A model generated the notes under the pieces. The model did no database searches, was not told where the DNA came from, and worked only from the letters and a program-made list of their open reading frames with translations. From NCBI GenBank assembly GCA_021809895.1, contig JAJZJU010000003.1:1-52301 (forward strand): a stretch of 52,301 bases of DNA, written 5' to 3'. A program made the translations under genes and the position numbers. Each line of letters starts with the position of its first letter. Within the stretch, counting starts at the first letter, position 1. Positions 1 to 10,528 of this stretch are shown here, one piece after another. This DNA comes from a bacterium (GTDB lineage Bacteria; Chloroflexota; Dormibacteria; Aeolococcales; Bog-877).

Positions 1-125
1 CAGGGCGCCCTCAACAGAAGCCGCCCATAGCCTGACCCACCAGTCCCACTCGCCGGCCTCTTCCCGGTTCACTCAACCGTCCTTATGGGCACTACCGCAC
101 ACTTCTCCGCCAGCTGCTGCCAACC
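1..125 (-). mobile_element. Left end of IS607/TnpB-derived mini-element, copy 1 (truncated by window start)
   Basis: 1-125 is collinear with 27037-27161 (8 mismatches in 125 nt by manual alignment) and with the reverse complement of 52051 onward. All three end in ...CTGCTGCCAACC, followed by CC. Confidence 0.9.
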
Positions 126-146
126 CCAGGTAGCAAACTACAGGTC

Positions 147-1196
147 ATGCAGGTTCGTTCCGCCAGCTACCGCGACCTGAGCCAGGTTGACTCTCTCTAC
201 CGGACCACCATGGTGGTGGAGGAAGAGCTGTCCCAGAAGCTGGCTGCCGCCGGCCCCCACAGCCCGGTCCCGGGAGCCGCGCTGGCCAGAGCCTGGTCGA
301 TCCTCACCAAGAGCCTTTCCGCCTTGATGCCGCTGGCCGACGTCGGTGACCAGCTGTACGTGGCCGAGGACGACGGCCGGATCGTAGGCTTCGTGCAGGC
401 AGAGCCGGCACCGGGCGGGAGGGCCTGGCAGATTCTCAACCTCTGTCTGGACCCCACCTCCAGTGGCCACTTCGCAGGGGTTCCCCTCTTGCAGCATCTC
501 TTCAACGAGGGGCTGGAGCGCGGCGTGACCAGGTTCCTGGTGCGCATCCCCGACGGGCACGCCCTGGCCAGCCTGCTCCGCGAGCAGGGCTTCCAGCCCT
601 ACGCCAGCGAGCAGATCAGCTTTCGAGAGCTGCCCAAACCCCCGCGGGTAGAGTCGGCTCCATGGAGGCCCGCCCACCGGGAGGACCTCTTGGGGGTGTA
701 CCTCCTCTATCTCAACACCGCGCCGCACTCTGTGGCAGCGGTGGAGGCCCCCTCTCTCAAACAGTGGCGGGCTACCTTCCAGCTGGGCTGGCTGAGCCGG
801 CTCGACGCCCGCTCCGGCGACTCGCGCCACTACGTGGTCGAGAAGCAGTCCAAGGTGGTCGCCTGGGCCGGGATCAGAGACCCCTCCCAGGCTCGACCGA
901 CCCAGATCAGCCTCATGCTCGATCCGCAGGAGCGCGAACTGGCGGTGGAGGCAGTCCACAGCCTGCTGGGCCAGCTTCCCGCAGGTCCGACGGTGTGCCT
1001 GTTGCGGCACTACGACGGAGAGGTCGCACGAGCGGTGGCGGCCCGGGGATTCGAGCCGGTGGCGACCCAGTCGCTGATGGCCAGAGACCTGCCCCTGAAG
1101 TTGCGGGCAAGGCAGCCGCTGGAGCAGAAGAAGCGCGCCCTGGCGAGTGCCCTTCCGGTCGCCCAGGCCGTGCGGCAGCCCGAGCTTGGGTCCTGA
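147..1196 (+). CDS. GNAT-family N-acetyltransferase-like protein (tandem GNAT-like domains)
   Basis: N-terminal MQVRSASYRDL; YVAEDDGRIVGFV...WQILNLCL; second repeat WRPAHREDL...YVVEKQSKVVAWA. Confidence 0.7.
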   Translation: MQVRSASYRDLSQVDSLYRTTMVVEEELSQKLAAAGPHSPVPGAALARAWSILTKSLSALMPLADVGDQLYVAEDDGRIVGFVQAEPAPGGRAWQILNLCLDPTSSGHFAGVPLLQHLFNEGLERGVTRFLVRIPDGHALASLLREQGFQPYASEQISFRELPKPPRVESAPWRPAHREDLLGVYLLYLNTAPHSVAAVEAPSLKQWRATFQLGWLSRLDARSGDSRHYVVEKQSKVVAWAGIRDPSQARPTQISLMLDPQERELAVEAVHSLLGQLPAGPTVCLLRHYDGEVARAVAARGFEPVATQSLMARDLPLKLRARQPLEQKKRALASALPVAQAVRQPELGS

Positions 1197-1207
1197 ACGG
1201 TTGGCTC

Positions 1208-1236
1208 TCGTCAAGATTGGCGCGGTGCGGTATATT
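1208..1236 (+). promoter_or_regulatory. Candidate sigma70-type promoter (TCGTCA-17-TATATT)
   Basis: -35-like TCGTCA at 1208-1213, 17-nt spacer, TATATT at 1231-1236, in the intergenic gap. Confidence 0.45.
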
Positions 1237-1365
1237 CGGGTCGTGACGAGGAGTTGGACGGAGGGTCCCGGCGATCCTTCGCTGCCGCCCTCTCCTGGAG
1301 CGCATGGCGGCTAATCGCCGCTGGCGATCCGCGGGGGCGCGCCCACCTCTGAAGGAGGCAGCAGC

Positions 1366-2976
1366 CTGACCAACCTTCAGTTCGACTTCGGCCCCTCCTT
1401 CGCGGAGGAGCTGGAGCTTCTGGTGGGAACTCTGCCCCCGGCCCTGCGGGACTCCGTGCGCGCGCTCCCCGAGGAGTACGGCGACCTGCTGGAGATCGTG
1501 CTGGATCTGGGGCGCGACCCGGAGGCCAGGTTCGAGGGGCAAGAGGTCGTGCTCGGGCAGGAGCCGGTCTCGGTCGCCGACCTCGACTATGTGGCAAGCA
1601 GGATCGGGGCCTTCGGAGGCGACAACCGCGCCGGGATCGCCCGCACCCTCCACCGCATCTCAGCCATCCGCAACCGCTCGGGTGAGATCATCGGGCTCAC
1701 TTGCCGGGTCGGTCGAGCGGTCACCGGCCGGGTGGAGATCATCCGTGACATCGTGGTCGGCGGTCAGAGCCTGCTGTTGCTGGGCAAGCCCGGGGTGGGC
1801 AAGACCACCATGCTTCGGGAGGTGGCTCGCATCCTCGCCGACGAGAGCCGCAAGCGCGTGGTGGTGGTGGATACCAGCAACGAGATCGCCGGCGATGGGG
1901 ACATCCCCCACCGCGGGATCGGGCGGGCGCGGCGGATGCAGGTGGCCCGTCCGGAGCTCCAGCATGCGGTCATGATCGAGGCCGTCGAGAACCACATGCC
2001 TGAGGTCATCGTCATCGACGAGATCGGGACGGAGCTCGAGGCTGCCGCCGCGCGCACGATCGCGGAGCGCGGGGTCCAGCTGGTGGCGACCGCCCACGGC
2101 AACACCCTCGACAACCTGCTGGTGAACCCCACCCTCAACGATCTGTTGGGTGGCATCCAGACGGTGACTCTTTCCGACGAGGAGGCGCGTCGGCGGGGCA
2201 CCCAGAAGTCTGTGCTGGAGCGCAAGGCCCCACCGACATTCGACGCCCTGGTGGAGATCGTCGACCGCCACCGGGTGACGATCCACATGCCCCTGGCGGA
2301 CGTGGTCGACGACGCCCTGCGAGGACGCCCCCACCCCGCCCAGCTGCGGGAGATGCGGGAGGGCCGAGGGGTCACCACCCGCCTGGTGGAGCCGGCTCCC
2401 TTCGACGACCGCGGATCACGAGAGCTATTCGCTCAGGAAGCGCCTTCCAGGGGACGCCGCCCCACCAGTCTGGCGGAGCTGGCCGAGGGCCGCACGGATG
2501 CCCAGGGCGGTGCCGCCGACACCTCGGTATTCCCCTACGGGGTCTCCCGGGTCTACCTGGAACAGGCGGTGCGCGAGCTGAGGGTGCCGGTCCGGATCCA
2601 GCACCACGTCGACGACGCCGACATGGTGCTGACCCTGAAGAACTACTACCGCCGACGCGACTCGCCGCTGCGCACCGCCGAGGCCGATGGCATCCCCATC
2701 TCCATCCTGCGCAGCAACACGGTGGCCCAGATCCGCACCTTCCTGAGCCAGCTCTACAATCTGGAGCCGCTGGACCCAACCGATGCCGCGCTGCAGGAGG
2801 CCAGGGATGGGATCGAGCGCGCGCGCCAGGGGACGGTCGTGGAGCTCGCTCCCCAGAACGCCTACATCCGCCGGTTGCAGCATCAGCTGGTGGAGGAATG
2901 TGAGATGGTGGCGCGCAGCACGGGCAAGGAGCCGCGACGTCGCTTGCGGATCTACCCCACCTCGCAGGCTTCCTGA
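1366..2976 (+). CDS. Ycf45/SpoIIIAA-like AAA ATPase with C-terminal R3H domain
   Basis: Walker [25 protein letters not shown], Walker [10 protein letters not shown]3[16 protein letters not shown]. The ORF track starts at 1423, but an in-frame CTG at 1366 follows AAGGAGG (1352-1358) by 7 nt. Confidence 0.85.
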   Translation: MTNLQFDFGPSFAEELELLVGTLPPALRDSVRALPEEYGDLLEIVLDLGRDPEARFEGQEVVLGQEPVSVADLDYVASRIGAFGGDNRAGIARTLHRISAIRNRSGEIIGLTCRVGRAVTGRVEIIRDIVVGGQSLLLLGKPGVGKTTMLREVARILADESRKRVVVVDTSNEIAGDGDIPHRGIGRARRMQVARPELQHAVMIEAVENHMPEVIVIDEIGTELEAAAARTIAERGVQLVATAHGNTLDNLLVNPTLNDLLGGIQTVTLSDEEARRRGTQKSVLERKAPPTFDALVEIVDRHRVTIHMPLADVVDDALRGRPHPAQLREMREGRGVTTRLVEPAPFDDRGSRELFAQEAPSRGRRPTSLAELAEGRTDAQGGAADTSVFPYGVSRVYLEQAVRELRVPVRIQHHVDDADMVLTLKNYYRRRDSPLRTAEADGIPISILRSNTVAQIRTFLSQLYNLEPLDPTDAALQEARDGIERARQGTVVELAPQNAYIRRLQHQLVEECEMVARSTGKEPRRRLRIYPTSQAS

Positions 2977-3025
2977 GCGCCCGCCGGCGAGCCGCCGACC
3001 CAATCCATCAGGAGATTTCTGACCC

Positions 3026-3667
3026 TTGAGTGACAGCGGCTTCTTCGTGAGTGTGGAGGGGCTCGACGGCTCCGGCAAGACCACCCAGGTTGGTCTGCTC
3101 GCCCAGACCCTGGCCACGACCGGCCGCAGAGTCACCGTGGTCCGCGACCCGGGCTCGACCGCGCTGGGAGAGCGGGTGCGCGACCTCCTGTTGGAGCCGA
3201 GGGCGGGAGCGCCGGTCAGCCACTGGGCTGAGACCGCCTTGTTCCTCGCCTCCCGACTGCAGCTTGCAGAAGAGGTGATCCGGCCAGCCCTCACCCATGG
3301 AGACGTGGTGGTGTCAGACCGCTACCTCGATTCCACCCTTGCCTATCAGGGAGCTCGCGGCATCTCCCGGAGTGAGATCCTGGAGCTGCACCGCCTGTTC
3401 GGGCTCACCCGCCTTCCAGATCTCACCGTCATCCTCGACCTCCCCGTGGTCCTGGCCCAGACCAGGCGCGAGAGTGGGACAGCTCCAGACCGGATGGAGC
3501 AGGAGTCCAGCTCGTACCATGAGAGGGTCCGGGCAGGGTACCTGGATCTTGCCGGGCAGTTCCCGGACCGGATTGTGGTCTTGGACGCCGACAGGCCGGC
3601 TGACGAGATCGCTCGCCAGTGCGGGAGCCTGGTCAAAGATCGGCTTAACGTGGGGAGAGCAACTTGA
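3026..3667 (+). CDS. tmk: Thymidylate kinase
   Basis: FVSVEGLDGSGKTTQ P-loop; VSDRYLDSTLAYQG motif; PDLTVILDLP. Confidence 0.95.
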   Translation: MSDSGFFVSVEGLDGSGKTTQVGLLAQTLATTGRRVTVVRDPGSTALGERVRDLLLEPRAGAPVSHWAETALFLASRLQLAEEVIRPALTHGDVVVSDRYLDSTLAYQGARGISRSEILELHRLFGLTRLPDLTVILDLPVVLAQTRRESGTAPDRMEQESSSYHERVRAGYLDLAGQFPDRIVVLDADRPADEIARQCGSLVKDRLNVGRAT

Positions 3668-3987
3668 AGCTGGTAGTGGCGATCGTCCATGAGCAGGATG
3701 CCGCCCGAGCGCTGGAGGCGCTGGGCGCCCGAGGCTTCGGGGTGACCAGACTCACCAGCGAGGGGGGCTTTCTGGAGCGACGCAACTCCCTGTTGCTGTT
3801 GGGGCTCGACGACAGCTTGGTCGACGAGGCCATCGCGACCCTGCGCTCGGTGTGCCGCCCCCGTCATGAACAGATGAACGCAGGCCGGGGCCACGACCAG
3901 GCCGCCGCCTACGACGTCGACGTCGAGGTAGAGATCGGCAGGGCCACCGTCTTCGTGCTCGACCTGGGCAGGGTGGAGCGCCTCTGA
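3664..3987 (+). CDS. darA: Cyclic-di-AMP receptor, PII-like (DarA/PstA/YaaQ family)
   Basis: MKLVVAIVHEQDA...TRLTSEGGFL...N...EVEIGRATVFVLD; overlaps the tmk stop, matching the known tmk-yaaQ order. Confidence 0.9.
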   Translation: MKLVVAIVHEQDAARALEALGARGFGVTRLTSEGGFLERRNSLLLLGLDDSLVDEAIATLRSVCRPRHEQMNAGRGHDQAAAYDVDVEVEIGRATVFVLDLGRVERL

Positions 3988-4075
3988 CCGGGGCCATCAC
4001 CTATTGGCTAGCTCGGCTTATACTGCCGCCTGAGCGGGCAGGGGGTAGATCGGCGCCAAGCGAAGGGAGGACCCG

Positions 4076-5035
4076 GTGGGATCAACCGCCACCGAGCAGA
4101 TCCGAGGGCTGACCGAGGCCGTCGGCACGGTGATCGTCGGCAACCTTGCCCAGATCGAGCTCTGCACCATCGCCTGGTTGGTCGGTGGACACGTGCTCAT
4201 AGAAGACGTGCCCGGGGTGGGCAAGACCATGCTGGCCAAGGCCCTCGCCAAGGCCACCGGAGGGCACTTCGACCGGGTGCAGTTCACCCCGGACCTGCTC
4301 CCAGGAGACATCACCGGAGCCAACATCTACTACCCAACCCAGGGCGCCTTCGAGTTCCGCCATGGTCCGGTGTTCACCCAGATCCTGCTCGCGGACGAGA
4401 TCAATCGGGCAACCCCCAAGACCCAGTCAGCTCTGCTGGAGGCGATGGAGGAGCGCCAGGTGACAGTCGACGGCACCACCCACCCTCTGCCCGACCCATT
4501 CGTGGTGCTGGCGACCCAGAACCCCATCGAGTACCAGGGCACCTTCGCCCTCCCGGAGGCCCAGGTGGACCGCTTCCTGATGCGGGTGTCGCTGGGCTAC
4601 CCAGACCTGGGCGGAGAGCTGGAGATCCTGGACAGGTTTGGCAATGCCTCTCCGCTGGGCGACCTCCACCCGGTCACGGATCCGGAGGATTACCCAGCCC
4701 TGCGCGAGGCGGTGATGTCAATCTTCGTCGCCGCAGAGATCAAGGAGTACTTAGTCCGCCTGGTCCAACGCACCCGTCGGCACCCCGACCTGGCGATGGG
4801 GGCGAGCGTACGCGCCAGCCTGGGGCTGCTGCGGGCCAGTCAGGCCCGCGCGCTGATGCAGGACCGGAGCTACGTGGTGCCAGACGACATCAAGGCGCTG
4901 GCCCGCCCGGTGCTGCTCCACCGAATGGTGCTGAAGGCCAACGCCGAGCTCCGGGGCGCCACCGGCGCGGCGATCCTGGAGGAGGTCGTCGAGAGCGAAC
5001 CGGTCCCTGTGGGAGGCCAGCGCGCCGCGGGATGA
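4076..5035 (+). CDS. moxR: MoxR-family AAA+ ATPase
   Basis: GHVLIEDVPGVGKT, RVQFTPDLLPGDITG, LLADEINRATPKTQSALLEAMEERQVT. Confidence 0.95.
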   Translation: MGSTATEQIRGLTEAVGTVIVGNLAQIELCTIAWLVGGHVLIEDVPGVGKTMLAKALAKATGGHFDRVQFTPDLLPGDITGANIYYPTQGAFEFRHGPVFTQILLADEINRATPKTQSALLEAMEERQVTVDGTTHPLPDPFVVLATQNPIEYQGTFALPEAQVDRFLMRVSLGYPDLGGELEILDRFGNASPLGDLHPVTDPEDYPALREAVMSIFVAAEIKEYLVRLVQRTRRHPDLAMGASVRASLGLLRASQARALMQDRSYVVPDDIKALARPVLLHRMVLKANAELRGATGAAILEEVVESEPVPVGGQRAAG

Positions 5036-5077
5036 GGCCCGACTTCGCGCAGTCGCCGGCAGCAGACGCGGATACCC

Positions 5078-6274
5078 ATGCATAGGGCGGCGCTGTTGGC
5101 GGTGGTGGCGGTGGCCGCCTTCTTCGCCTACATCAACGGGGTCCAGCTGGCTTTCTCGGTGGTGTACGCAGCCATCTTGGTCACCCTCCTCTCCCTGGGC
5201 TGGAGCCTGGTCGCTGCCCGCGGCGTCTCCTTCTCAAGGGAGGCCCCGGGAGGCACCCAGATGGTGGGCGAGCTCTTCTCACAGCGGTTCACGGTCACCA
5301 ATCGGTCGTTCCTGCCCATTCCGATGATGGAGATGAGGGACTTGGCAAGGTTTCCCGGCTACCGCGCCTCCAGAGGACTCTCGCTTCGCGCCCATGAGGA
5401 GGCCGTCTGGGACAGTGAGGTGCGGCTTCTGGCTCGGGGACGCTACACCCTGGGACCCACCGAGATCCGTCTGGCGGACCCCTTCGGCCTATTCCCGCGG
5501 CGGGTGCGCTTTGCGGCCGGGGGGTCGGTGCTCGTGTATCCCGCGATCTACCACATGCCGGACTTCGCCTTCATCGGCGCCCGGGCGGGGCTGGACTCCG
5601 ACCGCGGAGGCCGGCCGCGGGACCTGCCGCCGAGCGCCTCTGGCATCCGTGAGCACGACCCTGCCGACGGCATCAACCGGATCCACTGGATCTCCACGGC
5701 GCGCAAGGGTCGGCTCATGAGCCGCACGTTCGACGCCGAGGAAGGCTCGGACCTCCTGGTCGTCCTGGACCTGCGCCGCGGACTTCATCACGGCATGGCA
5801 CCTGAGAGCTCTCTCGAGTACGCGGTGACCCTGGCGGCCTCGGTTGCCCACGGTGCCATCCGACACGGAAGGGCGGTGGCGATGCTGGCCACCGACCGCG
5901 AGCTCACCGACATCGCGCCCGGTCGCGGCGACGCCCAGGAGCAGCTGATCATGGAGAGGCTGGCGCTCGCCCAGGCAGACGGCCAGGTGGCGCTGGGTGA
6001 CATCCTCTACCGCCACATCCCCGCCTGGCGGACCAGGGGCAACATCGTGCTGGTGACATCAGACCCTTCGGGTGAATGGGTCGAGGCGATGGCGGCAGGG
6101 TCTCAGCCCGGGCGGAAGGCTGTCGCGATCTACATCGACGCGCGCTCGTTCCAGAGCTCCGAGCAGACCACCGCCATCCCGGCCCAATGGCGCCTGGTGA
6201 TGGACATCTGGACGATCCGCCAGGGCGACGACCTCTCCCGTCTCGACCCGGTCGTGGGCAGAGCCGTTGTCTGA
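5078..6274 (+). CDS. DUF58 domain membrane protein
   Basis: N-terminal TM pair, RGRYTLGP..DPFGL, IREHDPADGINRIHWISTARKGRLM; follows moxR. Confidence 0.9.
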   Translation: MHRAALLAVVAVAAFFAYINGVQLAFSVVYAAILVTLLSLGWSLVAARGVSFSREAPGGTQMVGELFSQRFTVTNRSFLPIPMMEMRDLARFPGYRASRGLSLRAHEEAVWDSEVRLLARGRYTLGPTEIRLADPFGLFPRRVRFAAGGSVLVYPAIYHMPDFAFIGARAGLDSDRGGRPRDLPPSASGIREHDPADGINRIHWISTARKGRLMSRTFDAEEGSDLLVVLDLRRGLHHGMAPESSLEYAVTLAASVAHGAIRHGRAVAMLATDRELTDIAPGRGDAQEQLIMERLALAQADGQVALGDILYRHIPAWRTRGNIVLVTSDPSGEWVEAMAAGSQPGRKAVAIYIDARSFQSSEQTTAIPAQWRLVMDIWTIRQGDDLSRLDPVVGRAVV

Positions 6275-8645
6275 GCTGGCACTGGTGGCGCTGGTGGCGC
6301 TGGCGGTGATGGCAGCGGTGGCAGCGGCACCGATGCGCAGCCCGTCTCTGGTTCCTGAGACGGGCATCAGGGCCAGCGGAGCAACCGGATTCGGGTATCC
6401 TGGCCCACCCGCCTGGGTGAGCTTGGTCCTCTCCCTGCTTCTGGCCGTATCCAGCGCGGGGGCGCTGGCGGTCACCGTGCTGGGCAGCCTGGGGCTGTCG
6501 GGCTGCCTGGTGGCCGCCATCGGCGTCCTGATGGCAGCAGCCGCTGCCCGCTTCATCGCCAACAGGGCGCTGGGAGTCCTCGGCCTGGTGGCGGGTGGGC
6601 TTGTCACGGCCGGGGTGCTCACATTGCAGGTGGCGGCCGGGATCAGCGCCACCGGGAGCCCCGCCAGCCTGCTCAAGCAGGTGCTCGCCAGCCCCGCCAG
6701 CTCGCAGCTCTTCGCCCTCCTGGTCGTCTGCTGGGCGACGGGTGCCTGGGTCGGCTGGCTGGCGATCCGCGAGCACATAGGAGCGCTGGCCTGCGCGGTG
6801 CCCCTGGTGGTCCTCGTGGCAGATCTGGTCAACGTTCCACCGGTGCTCGAGAGCGCGCCCGCCTGGCCGGTGGTCGGAGCCACTGTGAGCGGGCTTGCCC
6901 TGGTCGGTTGGGCCCATCAGGAGCAGCAGCTGGTGCGCTGGACGAAGCTGGGCGTTCCCTGGTCCGGGACTCAGCCTGGTCGCGGCCTGGGGATTGTGGT
7001 GGGCCTGGCGCTGGTGGTGGCGCTGCTGGCACTGATCGCCCCCCCCCTGAACCGCACCAACATCAGCGAGCGATTCTTCCACTCCGGCCCTCACATCAGC
7101 AAGACGAGTCCCTCGGCCCAGATAGCTGCGATCTCGGGCTACTCCACCGCGGTGGTCCCGGGAGGGCCAATCCGCCAGGTCCGGCAACCGGTCCTCAGCT
7201 ACCGGACCTCCGCTGCCGGAGGCACTGTCTACCTGCGCGGGGTGGCGCTCACAGACTTCAGCAACGGCAACTGGTACCCCGCACCTTCGAATACCGTAGC
7301 CGTCAAGAGCGGCGGTATCATCCCCTTCCAGGCCTCGGCGGCACAGGGGACCACCGCCACTGAGCTGGCCCGCAAGGAGGTCTCGCTCACCGTCACGTAC
7401 CTGGGGACAGGCGCCCAGGCCGTGCCCGACCTGCTGTTTCCCGGCAGCCCCTTGCAGACGCCGATCGCGCCCGCCGCATATCGCGTGCACGGACAGACTT
7501 TGGGTCGTTCCCTGCTCACCATCACCGACGTCACCACAACCACCGGCCTCGCCAACTCACTGCCCTCGTCCCAGACGCTCACGACCTTTGGGTCGGTGTC
7601 GGACGCCACCGCCCAGGAGCTGGAGTCGGCCGGGACCAATTACCCCTCGTGGGTGAAAGCTGACGCCTCCCTGCCTCCGGAGGCCTCATTCATTGACGTC
7701 AACGCGCTCGCGTCCGACGCCACCGCGATGGCCGCCGGGGCGACCAATCCGTACCAGATCGCGATCAACATCCAGAATGCCCTGCGCTCTCAGGAGATCT
7801 ACACCCTGGATCCGCCCAAGGTCCCGGCCGGTGTCTGGCCGATCGTTTACTTCCTCAATAACTCGCACCGGGGCTACTGCCAGTATTTCGCCTCGGCGAT
7901 GGGGGCCATGCTCCGCAGCATGGGGATCCCGACCCGACTGGTCAGCGGCTTCGGGCCAGGACAGGAGGGCAAGCTGAGGAACGGGCAGCGGCTGATCACC
8001 GAGGCCGACGCTCACACCTGGGTGCAGGTGTACTTTCCCCACTACGGCTGGGTCAACTTCGAGCCGACTCCGGACGGTTTCTACCAGCCCACCGGAGCCG
8101 CCGCGACCCGGACTGGACCGACACCTCCCTCGACCGTCGCCGTGCCCCACCCCGGGGTGCGCTCGACTGGAGCTGGCACAGCGCTGCTGAAGCCGACCCG
8201 GCCAGGGGCCAACCTGCGCCGCGATCTGGTCTGGGTCGGCCTGGCGGTGGCCCTGCTGCTTATCGCCGCCTTCCTGGGGGGAGCTCTGCGCTGGCTGGCC
8301 TGGGTCACCACCCCCCGGCAGCTGCGCCGCCGGCTCGCCCTGGCGGTCCGCCTGGGTAGAATGGGCGACCCGCGCTGTCTTACGGTTTCCGAGCTGGCGC
8401 AGTCGTGCGCCACGCTCGCTGGGGCAGGCAATCTCAAATGGGAACAAGAGCTGATGAAGCTGGCTGTAACCGCCGACCGGATCTCGTTCTCACGGCCGGA
8501 AGACTCAAGGGGAGCGGACGGGCTCGAGGGCTGGGCATCCGTGCGCTCCGCCTATCCCCGCCTGCTCTGGCTGGCCTGGCGAGCCGGTCGAGGCCGGACC
8601 AGCGGTAGCCCCAGGCCGACCGTGATCCGGCTGCAGAGCATCTGA
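6267..8645 (+). CDS. Membrane-bound transglutaminase-like protein (TgpA type)
   Basis: Multiple N-terminal TM segments; GYCQYFASAM (Cys), AHTWVQVYF (His), GWVNFEPTP; third gene of the MoxR-DUF58-TGase triad. Start codon uncertain. Confidence 0.9.
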   Translation: MSELALVALVALAVMAAVAAAPMRSPSLVPETGIRASGATGFGYPGPPAWVSLVLSLLLAVSSAGALAVTVLGSLGLSGCLVAAIGVLMAAAAARFIANRALGVLGLVAGGLVTAGVLTLQVAAGISATGSPASLLKQVLASPASSQLFALLVVCWATGAWVGWLAIREHIGALACAVPLVVLVADLVNVPPVLESAPAWPVVGATVSGLALVGWAHQEQQLVRWTKLGVPWSGTQPGRGLGIVVGLALVVALLALIAPPLNRTNISERFFHSGPHISKTSPSAQIAAISGYSTAVVPGGPIRQVRQPVLSYRTSAAGGTVYLRGVALTDFSNGNWYPAPSNTVAVKSGGIIPFQASAAQGTTATELARKEVSLTVTYLGTGAQAVPDLLFPGSPLQTPIAPAAYRVHGQTLGRSLLTITDVTTTTGLANSLPSSQTLTTFGSVSDATAQELESAGTNYPSWVKADASLPPEASFIDVNALASDATAMAAGATNPYQIAINIQNALRSQEIYTLDPPKVPAGVWPIVYFLNNSHRGYCQYFASAMGAMLRSMGIPTRLVSGFGPGQEGKLRNGQRLITEADAHTWVQVYFPHYGWVNFEPTPDGFYQPTGAAATRTGPTPPSTVAVPHPGVRSTGAGTALLKPTRPGANLRRDLVWVGLAVALLLIAAFLGGALRWLAWVTTPRQLRRRLALAVRLGRMGDPRCLTVSELAQSCATLAGAGNLKWEQELMKLAVTADRISFSRPEDSRGADGLEGWASVRSAYPRLLWLAWRAGRGRTSGSPRPTVIRLQSI

Positions 8646-9380
8646 GTGGAGCTAGCAGTCCTGGGCAGCGGATCTGCCTTTGCGGACACCGGCCACCAAG
8701 CCGGCTATGTGGTCGACCGCAAGCTGCTACTGGACTGCGGTGCACCCGCGCCTCTTTTGCTCTCGCGGATGGGGATCGACCTGGCCGAGATCGAGACGGT
8801 GGTGATCTCCCACCTCCACAGTGACCACGTCGGACAGCTGCCCATGCTGCTGGTGGCCAGGGCAGTGACCAGGCCGGAAGCACCGCCCCTGCTCGTGCTG
8901 GGCCCGCGCGATCTTGCCGACCACCTCCGCCGGCTCGGCGAGCTGAGCCTGGGCGCGCAGTTCTGGAACTCCTTCTACTCCCAGCACACCCCGATCCTGA
9001 GGGAGGTGGCAGAGGGACGGATCGAGGAGCTGGGATCGCACCGGCTCGAATTCATCGAAGTGGAGCATGTGCCACAACTTCATTGCCTGGCGATTCGGGT
9101 GGAGACCCAGGAGGTGAGCCTGGGATACTCCGGCGACACCACCCTGTGCCCGGGGATCCGCCGCCTGGCGGGCTCGGTCGACCACCTGTTGTGCGAGTGC
9201 ACCGGATGGTCAAAACCAGCCCCCATCCACCTCTGGAAGGAGGAGGTCGAGCTGCTCATGCGCGAGTTCCCTCGGACCTCGTTTCTGCTGACCCACCTCA
9301 GCGAGCGCAAGCCGGTCGGGGGAGCGCTGCTCGCGTTTGACGGGCTGAGGCTCAGGCTGACCAGGCCACCCGCGGACTGA
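8646..9380 (+). CDS. MBL-fold metallo-hydrolase (RNase Z-like)
   Basis: VLGSGSA, LLDCG, ISHLHSDH, YSGDT, LLTHL. Confidence 0.85.
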   Translation: MELAVLGSGSAFADTGHQAGYVVDRKLLLDCGAPAPLLLSRMGIDLAEIETVVISHLHSDHVGQLPMLLVARAVTRPEAPPLLVLGPRDLADHLRRLGELSLGAQFWNSFYSQHTPILREVAEGRIEELGSHRLEFIEVEHVPQLHCLAIRVETQEVSLGYSGDTTLCPGIRRLAGSVDHLLCECTGWSKPAPIHLWKEEVELLMREFPRTSFLLTHLSERKPVGGALLAFDGLRLRLTRPPAD

Positions 9381-10500
9381 ACGCGGCCAGCTCTGGAGGG
9401 TCGGTCCCTGTTAGGACGGCTCTACCCAGCAGGTCCGCGGTCACCGGCGCCAGCAGGATTCCGTTGCGGTGGTGCCCGGTCGCCAGCAGCACCCGGTCGG
9501 TGGTGGGAACCCGGCCGAGGAGGGGCCCGGCCGCCGAGTGGGGGCGCAAACCCGCCCAGCTGTTAGAGAACCTTGCCCCCGTCAAGGCGGGGATGAGTTC
9601 GGCGGCTATCTCGCTCAGACGCTCCATGCCCGACAGGGTGGGCCATGCATCGAAACCGGCCGCCTCCTCGGTCGCACCGACCAGCACCTGCCCGGACCGC
9701 TTCTGAAGTACGTATCCACGGTCGCCGAAGACGATCCGGGGCAGCGCTCCTGGCGCTCCGCACACCGCGGCGATCTGGCCTCTGATCGGCTCGACCGAAG
9801 CTTCCACGCCAAGGCCGGCCAGGAGGTTTCCGCTCCAGGACCCGGCGGCGATGACAGCGAGATCCCCCTCGAGGTCGCGGCCCGGCACTGTGGCTCGCAC
9901 CCGGTCACCTTCAGCCTTCAGGGAGGTCACCTCGACCCCGGTCTCGATCCTTGCCCCGTGGCGGCGCGCCGCCAGCTCCAGCGCCTGGGTGACCCGGTGG
10001 CTGTGGACGTGCGCCTCGTCCGGATAGAGGAGGCCGGCTGCTACCATCGCGGACACCCCTGGCACCTCGGCGCGCAGCTGGTCTAGGCTCAACAGCTCGG
10101 AGACATTGATCCCCTGGGTGAGCTGCCAGGCCCGGCGGACCTCCAGATCCGAGATGGACTCGGGCCGAGTGGTGACTCGCAACAATCCGCACGTCTCCAG
10201 CTCACAGTCCACCCCCGAGTCCGAGCGCAACTCCTCCGCCCAAGAGCGCCACATCCGCGAACTGCGCCGACAGAGGTCCAGAAAGGGGCCGGGAGCATTC
10301 GCCTCCACCCCCGCCGCGAGCATCCCGGCGGCGGCCGCTGAAGCCCCCTGCCCGCACTCTGGCTCGCGCTCCAGGACGGTGACCGCCAAGCCCTGCTTGG
10401 AGAGCTCCCAGGCCAGTGCCAGCCCCACCACCCCGGCACCGACAATCAAGCAGTGGGCGCGGTCCTGGATGGCGGGCGAGGCGGTCACGGACTCGAGCAT
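9352..10500 (-). CDS. thiO: Glycine oxidase / FAD-dependent oxidoreductase (DAO family)
   Basis: IVGAGVVG, GASAAAAGML, PIRGQ, WAGLRP, ATGHHRNGILLAP; ATG at 10500 chosen because the upstream extension overlaps the next gene. Confidence 0.85.
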   Translation of the reverse strand: MLESVTASPAIQDRAHCLIVGAGVVGLALAWELSKQGLAVTVLEREPECGQGASAAAAGMLAAGVEANAPGPFLDLCRRSSRMWRSWAEELRSDSGVDCELETCGLLRVTTRPESISDLEVRRAWQLTQGINVSELLSLDQLRAEVPGVSAMVAAGLLYPDEAHVHSHRVTQALELAARRHGARIETGVEVTSLKAEGDRVRATVPGRDLEGDLAVIAAGSWSGNLLAGLGVEASVEPIRGQIAAVCGAPGALPRIVFGDRGYVLQKRSGQVLVGATEEAAGFDAWPTLSGMERLSEIAAELIPALTGARFSNSWAGLRPHSAAGPLLGRVPTTDRVLLATGHHRNGILLAPVTADLLGRAVLTGTDPPELAAFSPRVAWSA

Positions 10501-10528
10501 ATCCCCACCGAGTGATGTCGCGCCCTTC

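Noticed and set aside
1240-1350. c-di-AMP (ydaO) riboswitch ahead of the darA-containing operon
   Set aside because: The conserved GCUGAA, GGGGA and GUCAGCUAAC-type elements are not present.
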